Assembly: GCA_018818425.1 (NCBI GenBank)
Contig: JAHISB010000002.1
Coordinates: forward strand, 2,819-66,818
Direction: 5' to 3'
Source: Patescibacteria group bacterium
GTDB lineage: Bacteria; Patescibacteriota; Patescibacteriia; UBA1558; UBA10009
DNA length: 64,000 nt
Part shown: positions 27,797-35,601 of the stretch, in pieces
How the letters are laid out: every line of letters starts with the position of its first letter
Position numbering within the stretch: the stretch's first letter is position 1
Notes under the pieces: generated by a model
Databases searched by the model: none
Told to the model about the DNA's origin: nothing
What the model saw: only the letters and a program-made list of their open reading frames with translations
Made by a program: the position numbers and the translations under genes

Positions 27797-29440
27797 TCAA
27801 GTAGTTGTTTTACGGACTGTCAGATCGACTCTCCAATGCCCCAAGTTATCCCTGGCGCAATTGGAATCCCGCCCGTTAAACGGTTCATTCGGACCCACCA
27901 AGAGCAGGCCACCAGTTGGTGCTTCCAACCCATCTGTTAATGGGAAAGAGGCAAGCACTGTCTTGGTTTGAGGATCCAGGATGTGTCCTACCAAGGCCAT
28001 AAACTTAGCCTGAGGACAGACCAATTTTCGGTTCACTAAGAACCAAGGTGTTTGGTTTTCGGGCCAGCCTTCCGGGCTCCTGATTAATTTATATGCGCCA
28101 TCGCGGTTATTACCGGTGCTATTAACACCATTGCAGGTGATATCAAAGAACATTTCATCACCTTTTTGGATGGTTACACCGGTATTACACAGGATGTTAG
28201 GGCCTGCCGGGACATCCAGTATATAGTCGTTATTATTCTGTTCCAGCATCTCACAGTTGCCAACCGTAAGGTACTGGCCCATTAACCGGACCGTTGGCAA
28301 ACTTGGCGCCGCAGTTGAAATTTGCTGTGTTTCTTGGGGCGCTGGCTTTGAGACAATCAGTTCTTCGGCCTCTGCTTTCCTGACGTTTTTCAGCAGAATG
28401 TATTTTAATTCGCCAGAGGGCAGGTAGCAGTACAAAGCGTAATCCAGAGGATGGCCTTTATCCGGATATGGCTTTTCTCCGTCAATTTGGACGTTTATCT
28501 TTTTACCCGGAACAGTAAAGCCATTGGCCTTGAAGTTGGCGCCATCAAAATCGTAAACAGGGATGCTGTCTTGCTCACTAACCGTTATGTAAATTGGCCA
28601 GGCCTCCCATGTTTTGCTAGACAGTTTTGCCAGATACGAATCAGCGTCCTTTTTAGCGGCAACGTTGTGGTTATTCTGGGTAATGTTTTGCTTTTGGCTC
28701 ATAACAGAGGTTTTTACACCCAGCCAATCGCTTTCGTAAACAAAAGCTACAAAAGCGATTGCCAAGCAGGCGATGGTCAATCGGGTGGCCCATTTATAGT
28801 TAAAGGTTTTGCCTTCATGTATTGCCCAGAAAGTGTAGAACATAAACAGGGCAAAGATGAAGAAGATAGCTCCGGTCCAGACCATTCCAACAACCGGCAT
28901 TACCACCAGCAGCAACAGGGCGCCGGCGAAAAAGCCAAGCAAGAAGGCGCTAAAACCCTTCTTAGGCGCTTGACCCAAGACTATGGCCAGCAGTAGCCAT
29001 GGAACACCCAGAATTAACCAGGCAATGGCTGCATGCATTGGATTATACCAAATCAGCGAAACTACTAGCCAAACAACCAGAGCCAAGGGAACCGCTATCA
29101 GAATTGAAGCGAACGTATAGCGGGTCTTGGGATGGTCTTTCCAGAGCGCAACGAACCAGTTGTATATGTTGTGCGTTGCGGCGACAAAGTCATCTTTTTT
29201 GTCACCGGTATAACCCAGAATCGAGGCAAAAATGTTCTGCCAGAATCTGAGAACTTTCTTGCCTATCTTGGTTCCAATCAGCAGGGCGGTGATCATGAGT
29301 ATCCCGAGTATCGCCCATAATATCGAACCGAGTATTCCCCATCCTTTACTTTTCTGGAGAATTTTCTCCAGCTTTTCTGTTGCCTTGTCGAAAGTCGATT
29401 CGAATTCGGCGGCGTCATCTGTTACTTTTTTATCTGCCAT
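27797..29440 (-). CDS. Multi-TM protein with an extracellular region ending in a LecA/PA-IL-like beta-sandwich
   Basis: About 6 TM helices, then NTGVTIQKGD...ALVGHI...APTGGLLLVGPNE...DNLGHWRV. AAGGAG SD. Confidence 0.5.
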   Translation of the reverse strand: MADKKVTDDAAEFESTFDKATEKLEKILQKSKGWGILGSILWAILGILMITALLIGTKIGKKVLRFWQNIFASILGYTGDKKDDFVAATHNIYNWFVALWKDHPKTRYTFASILIAVPLALVVWLVVSLIWYNPMHAAIAWLILGVPWLLLAIVLGQAPKKGFSAFLLGFFAGALLLLVVMPVVGMVWTGAIFFIFALFMFYTFWAIHEGKTFNYKWATRLTIACLAIAFVAFVYESDWLGVKTSVMSQKQNITQNNHNVAAKKDADSYLAKLSSKTWEAWPIYITVSEQDSIPVYDFDGANFKANGFTVPGKKINVQIDGEKPYPDKGHPLDYALYCYLPSGELKYILLKNVRKAEAEELIVSKPAPQETQQISTAAPSLPTVRLMGQYLTVGNCEMLEQNNNDYILDVPAGPNILCNTGVTIQKGDEMFFDITCNGVNSTGNNRDGAYKLIRSPEGWPENQTPWFLVNRKLVCPQAKFMALVGHILDPQTKTVLASFPLTDGLEAPTGGLLLVGPNEPFNGRDSNCARDNLGHWRVDLTVRKTTT

Positions 29441-29462
29441 GATTTTTACTCCTTATCAGTTT

Positions 29463-30389
29463 TTACGCGCCAAGTTCGGCGAGTTGTTGTTCCAGTTTAG
29501 CGGTATTTCTACCGGCTCTCTCGTTGCTAGCAATCATACTCTTCAGTCTTCGTTTTTGATTTTCCAAGCGCTGTTTTTTATGCTTCTGCAGCGCAGCCTC
29601 CTGTTTTACCAGCACTTTATCAGCTTCGGCGGCCATGGAAGCGTCGAGTTGCTCAAGTTTTCGGAGTAGCTGGCGCGTTTTAGGTTTAAGTACATCATCC
29701 CAGAGGTTTTTTAAGTCAGCGGGGATGTATCTAACTCTTCTCTTGAGGTCTCGCCAGAAGAGCTTTACAGCAGCATCGCCGATGAGCCGTCTTTGGTCCA
29801 GCATCTTGCGAAGTTCTGTTTCAAATTCGTGCGCTGGAAGATTTTTAGCTTTTAATTTAATGTATTCTTCTACCAGTGCGTCAATTGTACTGCAGACGAT
29901 TTCAAAATTCTTTGGATCGGTCATGTTAATGCCGATCAAAAAAGATTTAATCTCATCTACAGGTGTCCTTGCTTTTTGATCGGTAATTGCTTTTGCACCT
30001 TTTTTCTTGCCTTGCTGCTGCTGTTTAGCCTGACCACCAGCTTCTTCTACAGTGGCTGTTATTACCAATTCAGCAATCAGGGCCAGAAAGAAGTCATTGC
30101 GTTCGGCCATGGTTAACTGTCCAGAAAGCTCCATGAAAGCATCGTGGTAATTTTGCCTTTGTTGAGTTTCTGGGTTTGTTACGTGCTCCAGGTAGAAGTG
30201 AAGAATTACCTGCTGGGCAGCGTTGTCATAAGGACCTTTTACGCTCACCAGATCAGCAGCAATTCTTTTTGCCATTTCTTCTGCCGCAGTACTGAAGATT
30301 GTACGCGCTCCTTCAGCGAGGAATCTTAATCCTAATTCTCCTCCAGCGCGAGTAGCCCCTTCCATTATTTGTGCAGGTATTTTTGGCAT
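29463..30389 (-). CDS. Hypothetical helical/coiled-coil protein
   Basis: 308-aa ORF with AAGGAG SD and a charged coiled-coil C-terminus. Confidence 0.7.
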   Translation of the reverse strand: MPKIPAQIMEGATRAGGELGLRFLAEGARTIFSTAAEEMAKRIAADLVSVKGPYDNAAQQVILHFYLEHVTNPETQQRQNYHDAFMELSGQLTMAERNDFFLALIAELVITATVEEAGGQAKQQQQGKKKGAKAITDQKARTPVDEIKSFLIGINMTDPKNFEIVCSTIDALVEEYIKLKAKNLPAHEFETELRKMLDQRRLIGDAAVKLFWRDLKRRVRYIPADLKNLWDDVLKPKTRQLLRKLEQLDASMAAEADKVLVKQEAALQKHKKQRLENQKRRLKSMIASNERAGRNTAKLEQQLAELGA

Positions 30390-30432
30390 GTCTATTTCTC
30401 CTTATGCTTTTTTCTATTTTTCCGCGGGACTC

Positions 30433-31116
30433 TTAGTTGAACTCAATGCACCCGACACACCGTGTGCCGAGTATTTTGAACTCCATCTTTCCGGCAATGT
30501 TTTTGGTTGCCAGAACTTCCACCCTGGCTTGGGTGTTGCTGACCGATAGGGTATTAACATTAACCCCGTTCTGCCAGCTTTCTACTTGTTTGCCGGGGGT
30601 GGCTTGTCTACAGTTCTTGTAAGTGAAAGTGACTTGGTGCCAACTACAGTCAGCGCTGATGGTTGGGATGTTTGGTGTCATTTTGATTTCCCGGCCGGCA
30701 TCACCAACCATTAACCATACCAGGGTCAACAAAACGGCAGTTATAGCGATTGGAATGAAAGCGTAGCGTTTTTTCTTAAGCCATGGTTTGCATTTCTTGT
30801 TCCACCATACCTTAAAATTCTGCCATTTGTAGAGTAAGCGTGTTTTAATGTTTTGTCTTCTCCACCAGTTAAGCAGGCCGCCATGGCCGCTAGTCAAATC
30901 ACCTGCTCTTTGTCTACGGTTTTGTAGCCAGTCAAATATGTAAGCAACCAATGCGACCAAAACACCGAAGGCTGACAGAATTAGCCAACTTTCATTTGCC
31001 CATCCGAAGTTATATGTCAGAGCAGCGTGGAGCAGTAGTATTAATGCAACTACCATTAATGCAACTACCATTATGCCGACAAACTTCATCCCAAGTTTTG
31101 GCTTTTTGAATTCCAT
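30433..31116 (-). CDS. Hypothetical membrane protein (3 TM plus Cys-containing beta domain)
   Basis: Likely start ATG 31116 after AAGGTAAGGGTG. Confidence 0.6.
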   Translation of the reverse strand: MEFKKPKLGMKFVGIMVVALMVVALILLLHAALTYNFGWANESWLILSAFGVLVALVAYIFDWLQNRRQRAGDLTSGHGGLLNWWRRQNIKTRLLYKWQNFKVWWNKKCKPWLKKKRYAFIPIAITAVLLTLVWLMVGDAGREIKMTPNIPTISADCSWHQVTFTYKNCRQATPGKQVESWQNGVNVNTLSVSNTQARVEVLATKNIAGKMEFKILGTRCVGCIEFN

Positions 31117-31434
31117 GATTTTCACCCTTACCTTTCTGATATTTTTTTCTTTTATTTTTTTTGACTTTGTTATTAATCCTAGTAAAAAATGGAGAGTCAA
31201 TTTAGAGTTTTTGGTCTTCGGTCATCAATCATCAATTTTCACTAATAGCACAAACTAACAATAGACGAACACAAATATTCACAAACTTAACACAAACTAA
31301 CGTAGTAAATACAGCATTAACTACCCAGTTTTTACCAGGATTGTTTGTCAAAGTCCGTAAATTGACCCCTTACTGTAGCAAATTTTGGCGATTTTGTCAA
31401 CCCAAAAATAAAAAATGGCTGAAGTTAGCCAAAT

Positions 31435-31742
31435 ATCACCGATCTATCACAGATGAATCACCGATCTATCACGGATAAATCACTGATAAATCACCGATCT
31501 ATCACGGATAAATCACTGATAAATCACAGATCTATCACGGATAAATCACCGATAAATCACCGATCTATCACCGATAAATCACGGATGAATCACTGATTGA
31601 TAATATAAAGTATCGGTGATTCATCCGTGGATATCCGTGATAGATCCGTGTATCTCCGTGATTTATCGGTGAGCCATCTGTGCGCTATCTGTCGATAGAC
31701 CCCGAGCTTATCGAGGAGTGAACTATCGGTGATTTATCCGTG
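31435..31742. repeat. Large inverted tandem array of 11-nt units ATCACNGAT(AA/CT/GA)
   Basis: 15 consecutive units at 31435-~31598, a short AT spacer, then degenerate reverse-complement units that overlap the dus stop codon. Confidence 0.92.
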
Positions 31743-32696
31743 AATTTCAGCCAAGATTTTTTCAATATCCTTAATACTTTCCACTCTTACCAACTCTGTT
31801 CTTAAATCAGAAGCATTTGGCAAACCTTTAACGTACCAGAGCAGGTGTTTGCGCAGTTCAATAAGGCCATGTTCACCTTTTGTTTTAAGAGCTAGTTGAG
31901 CATGCTTTAAGATAATTTGTTTTTTTTCTGGCCAACTGGGTTCTTCAAATTTTCCGGTTTTTAAATAGTCTTTGATTTGCTGAAAAAGCCAAGGTCTGCC
32001 ATAAGTTCCTCTGGCAAGGCCCAGGCCGTCAGCTTTGGTTTTTTTTAATAATTCTTTAGCGTCTTCAGGGGAGTTGACTCCGCCGTTGGCCAGGATTGTG
32101 CCTTTAAAGTATTTTCCGGCCTCTTTAATCATTTGATAGTCAATTTCGCCGCTAAAGCCCTGTTCATAAGAACGGCCGTGGATCATTACAGCGCTAATCG
32201 GCAGGTCAGCCATTTTTTTTAGAAAATCAATAACCGTTACTTTTTTGCCGATTTTTGATTTAATGGAAGTTCTGACTTTAACTGAAACCGGAAGCTTGGT
32301 GTTATCAATCGTCTGTTTTATTAGCTGATAGCATAAATTTAAATCTCTTATCAAAGTTACGCCGCCGCCGTGGCCGACAACTTTGCGGGCCGGACAGCCA
32401 AAGTTAATGTCAATGCCGCCGGCTCCCGACTTTTCGACAATCCGGGCAGCTTCACCGAATTTAGCCGGGTCCTTGCCGAAAAGTTGAACCACTAACGGTT
32501 GTTCAGCTTTTTCAAATTTTAACATCTCCAAAGTTTTTTTGCCTTCAAAAAAAAGCCCGTCCGCCGAAGTCATTTCCGAATAAACAACATCGGCGCCGTA
32601 TAAACGGCACAGCTGCCGAAAAGCCGAGTCGGTAATGCCGGCCATGGGCGCCAAGGCCAGAATCGGTTTATTTATTTGTTGCCAAAAGTTGGGCAT
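31734..32696 (-). CDS. dus: tRNA-dihydrouridine synthase
   Basis: LAPMAGITD, QLFG, DINFGCP, IHGR, ANGGV. Confidence 0.93.
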   Translation of the reverse strand: MPNFWQQINKPILALAPMAGITDSAFRQLCRLYGADVVYSEMTSADGLFFEGKKTLEMLKFEKAEQPLVVQLFGKDPAKFGEAARIVEKSGAGGIDINFGCPARKVVGHGGGVTLIRDLNLCYQLIKQTIDNTKLPVSVKVRTSIKSKIGKKVTVIDFLKKMADLPISAVMIHGRSYEQGFSGEIDYQMIKEAGKYFKGTILANGGVNSPEDAKELLKKTKADGLGLARGTYGRPWLFQQIKDYLKTGKFEEPSWPEKKQIILKHAQLALKTKGEHGLIELRKHLLWYVKGLPNASDLRTELVRVESIKDIEKILAEIHG

Positions 32697-32703
32697 TGAG
32701 TTG

Positions 32704-32806
32704 GGTGATTAGGTTAATTAGGTGATTAGGTGATTAGGTCTTAGGTCTTTAGTCTTCAATCTTTAGTCCTCAGTCATCAATCCTCAATCCTTAGTCTTCA
32801 GTCTTT
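32704..32806. repeat. Tandem 8-mer (GGTGATTA) and 7-mer (AGTCTTC/AATCCTC) arrays
   Basis: Seen directly in the dus upstream region. Confidence 0.75.
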
Positions 32807-32830
32807 AAAATATACCTTTTCAAAGCGGTC

Positions 32831-32859
32831 TTGACAAGCGGAAATAACTGGTTTATACT
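32831..32859 (+). promoter_or_regulatory. Sigma70 promoter
   Basis: TTGACA-N17-TATACT. Confidence 0.75.
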
Positions 32860-32876
32860 GGGTTTTGATTAGTTTT

Positions 32877-33257
32877 ATGAAATCAGATCAAAAAGGCCTA
32901 GCTATGCTTATTGTGCCCATAACTATTGCCATTATAGGGCTTTTGGGCACTGGCGCAATGGCAGCTTTGGACCACGAGAAAAATTTAGCCAAAGAGCGGG
33001 AGGCGCAGCGCGCGGCCGATATTGAATTTGTCCAAAACAAGCTGGCTGATTATTTTACTCAAAATTTAAATTATCCCGCGCAAAAAAATGAAAGCATCAG
33101 CGGCTGGGATATTTTGGAAAGTTCTCTCGGCGATTTGCCCGACGACCCTCTAAAAAACAAGGGCTGGAGCTATGTTTACTGGAGCGACGGCCAGAGCTAT
33201 ACTTTAAGATACATGCTGGAAAAAACTTTAGAAGAACAGATAGTTTTTGGGTATTAG
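32877..33257 (+). CDS. Type IV pilin/pseudopilin-like protein (GspG-like)
   Basis: Class III signal-like QKG|LAMLIV hydrophobic helix; ..R.AD....YP..LPDDP...Y.Y pattern. Confidence 0.65.
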   Translation: MKSDQKGLAMLIVPITIAIIGLLGTGAMAALDHEKNLAKEREAQRAADIEFVQNKLADYFTQNLNYPAQKNESISGWDILESSLGDLPDDPLKNKGWSYVYWSDGQSYTLRYMLEKTLEEQIVFGY

Positions 33258-33343
33258 TTAATTTTACCCAGTATCAACTTGGTGCTGGTTTACATAAAAT
33301 ATGAAAAGACCTCTGCAGGTCTATTTTTTGTTGATTTACAAAT

Positions 33344-33453
33344 TATCACTGATTATCACTGACCACACGAACAGCCACTGACTTGCCACAAACCACTGAC
33401 GAAAAATGTCAGTGGTCAGTGAATGTTCGCGCCGGTTCGCGTCGTTCGCGATT
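33344..33453. repeat. Inverted array CACTGA/CACGAA versus TCAGTG/TTCGCG
   Basis: Seen directly between convergent genes. Confidence 0.7.
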
Positions 33454-33462
33454 CAGAGGATA

Positions 33463-34395
33463 TTACAAAAACTTTTTCTTTTTAAAGAAAGTTATCAATA
33501 CTACAATCAAGGCGGCCATTAAGCCTAAAATTATCCAAAAACCGTGAGGGCGGTTGACTAGCGGCATGATGGGAGTGTTCATGCCAAAAATACTGGCTAC
33601 CAGATTAACTGGCAGCAGAATAACGGTGATAATAGTCAGAATTTTCATGATGTCGTTGAGCCGGAAAGAAATCAGCGATTCGTTGGTGTTGTGAAGGGCG
33701 TCGATATTTTCTTTTAAGCTTTCCAAAATGTCCCAAATATCCTTGGTTTGCTCCAAGGTATTATTAAAGTAGATAGCGATGGTGCGGGGAATAAAGTACT
33801 TTTCTTTTTTAGTCAGCAGTTTTCTGATGACGTTTTTGTGGGCCTGCATGATCTTTCTTAAGTTAACAATATTGCGTTTGATAATCAGAATCTCTTTAAC
33901 CATTTTTTTCTCATAACCGCCAAAGATTATTTTTTGGATATCATTAATATCTTCGGCCACGTGGTCGAGCATGGGATAGCAGTAAAGCTGCAGGCGGTTG
34001 ATGATTTCGTATAACAGGTAGGTGGGAGCGTCGTTCATGAATTTTCCCCGGTAGATATCGTTGATTTGGCACTGTTCAAAAAATTTCAGCAGGGGCGTCA
34101 ACCGGCCGTCGGTAACGGTGATTAAATAGTCCGGACCGATAAAAAAATTAACTTCCGAGGCCTGAATTTCGCGGTTAGCCGCATCGTAATAAGGAAAGGT
34201 TAAAATCAAAAAAAGATAATTTTCATACTCGTCCAGTTTGGGCCTTTGAGCGGGCGAGATGCAGTCTTCGATATCCAGAGGATGGAATTTATATTCAAGC
34301 TTTAAATTTTCTAATTGTTTGCCGCTGGGCTTGACAAAATGCAGCCACTTTACTTTATTGGTTTTAATTTCCCGCGCTCTTTGATCTTGTTTCAT
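33463..34395 (-). CDS. corA: CorA-family Mg2+ transporter
   Basis: FHPLDIED, QRPKLDEY, MKILT, GMN signature. Confidence 0.92.
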   Translation of the reverse strand: MKQDQRAREIKTNKVKWLHFVKPSGKQLENLKLEYKFHPLDIEDCISPAQRPKLDEYENYLFLILTFPYYDAANREIQASEVNFFIGPDYLITVTDGRLTPLLKFFEQCQINDIYRGKFMNDAPTYLLYEIINRLQLYCYPMLDHVAEDINDIQKIIFGGYEKKMVKEILIIKRNIVNLRKIMQAHKNVIRKLLTKKEKYFIPRTIAIYFNNTLEQTKDIWDILESLKENIDALHNTNESLISFRLNDIMKILTIITVILLPVNLVASIFGMNTPIMPLVNRPHGFWIILGLMAALIVVLITFFKKKKFL

Positions 34396-34639
34396 GCTGA
34401 TATTATAACATAAAATTTGACATTTTTCTATAATCCTTAATTTTAAATTTCAAAACTCCTTTGTTAATCGTAAATCGTTAATCGGTAACCTGCCTGCCGG
34501 CTTTGCTCCGCTGAAGCTATGCGAAAGCGATGCAGGCAGGTTACCGCTAAACTCCTAACAAAAGAACAAGGCACCTCAGCGTATCTCAGCGGTTATCAGT
34601 GAATAATTCTTGATTTTTGATCCTCAATCATCAATCCTC

Positions 34640-34669
34640 CCAGCCAGAGGCTGGTCGGCCTTTGGCCGA
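34640..34669. repeat. 30-bp double-hairpin module inserted into a TCCTCAA heptamer array
   Basis: CCAGCCAGAGGCTGGTCGGCCTTTGGCCGA; removing it restores tcctc|aa. Related copies at ~9164-9193, 35530-35587 and 54115-54175 (reverse). Confidence 0.8.
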
Positions 34670-34719
34670 AATCATCAATCCTCATTGTCCTAATTGCCAA
34701 AAAAAGGTATAATTTAGCC

Positions 34720-35244
34720 ATGCCAAAGATAAGTAAAATTGATAAGGAAACATTGGCCGGTTTAGAATTGCCGGTTCAGGAAAAACCGCCTCAAAAAATC
34801 GCCAAAGAGGCCGAGCCGGCTGTTGCAGGGCAAAAAGTAGAGATTCAAAAAAAGCTGGAGCAAGAGCAAAAACAGTCACTTGAAGGCGCTGGCGAAGGCA
34901 AAGACAACGAAGCTGTTTCTGCTCCAACCCCGGTTCCGGCCGCCGCCAAACAGTCGCCTTATTATCCAGAAATAGAAAAAATTTTGGAGGCGGATTTAGG
35001 AGAAGTTTACAACAATCTTTCACCTCAACAGCAAGAGGAGTTTAAAATTAAAGGCGAAGAAACCGCCGTTCAGGTATCACAGCTTTTAAATTCCGCCAAA
35101 ATTAAATTTTCTTATTTAGCTAAACAAATTTTTGGCCTGATTATCAACTGGCTAAAAATTATCCCCGGAGTCAATAAATTTTTTGTAGAGCAGGAAGCCA
35201 AAATAAAGTCGGATAAAATTTTAGCTTTGAAAAAGAAAGAATAA
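34720..35244 (+). CDS. Hypothetical protein
   Basis: Charged N-terminus, IEKILE..L, WLKIIPGVNKFFVEQEAKIKSD; probably leaderless. Confidence 0.75.
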   Translation: MPKISKIDKETLAGLELPVQEKPPQKIAKEAEPAVAGQKVEIQKKLEQEQKQSLEGAGEGKDNEAVSAPTPVPAAAKQSPYYPEIEKILEADLGEVYNNLSPQQQEEFKIKGEETAVQVSQLLNSAKIKFSYLAKQIFGLIINWLKIIPGVNKFFVEQEAKIKSDKILALKKKE

Positions 35245-35601
35245 TAGTCTAAAAGTTTTCTTTGAATTTTTTGTGTAGAGTATGAACAATGGGATAATCG
35301 TTGTATTAACAATACCGGTTAGAGAAATTCCAAATCCAAAATCACAAATAACAAATAAATTCCAAATTCCAAAAATAAAATATCACTGATCATCACTAAG
35401 ATATGCTGACCATTTGCTGATACACGCTCGCCTTGAGCGAAGTCGAGAGGCGAAGCAGGCTGATAATCCGCGGATATCAGCGTACCTCGGCGCATCTCGG
35501 CGGTTATTGGTGAATAATTCTCAATCCTCCCAGCCAGCCTTCGGCCGTGAGCTCAGGCCGAACGGAGGCTGGTCGGCCTCTGGCCGAAATCCTCAACATC
35601 A

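Noticed and set aside
27797-31116. Prophage or integrated plasmid
   Set aside because: No integrase, terminase, capsid, replication gene or att-like repeats were recognised.
31435-31742. CRISPR array
   Set aside because: The units are 11 nt and contiguous, with no unique spacers and no cas operon.
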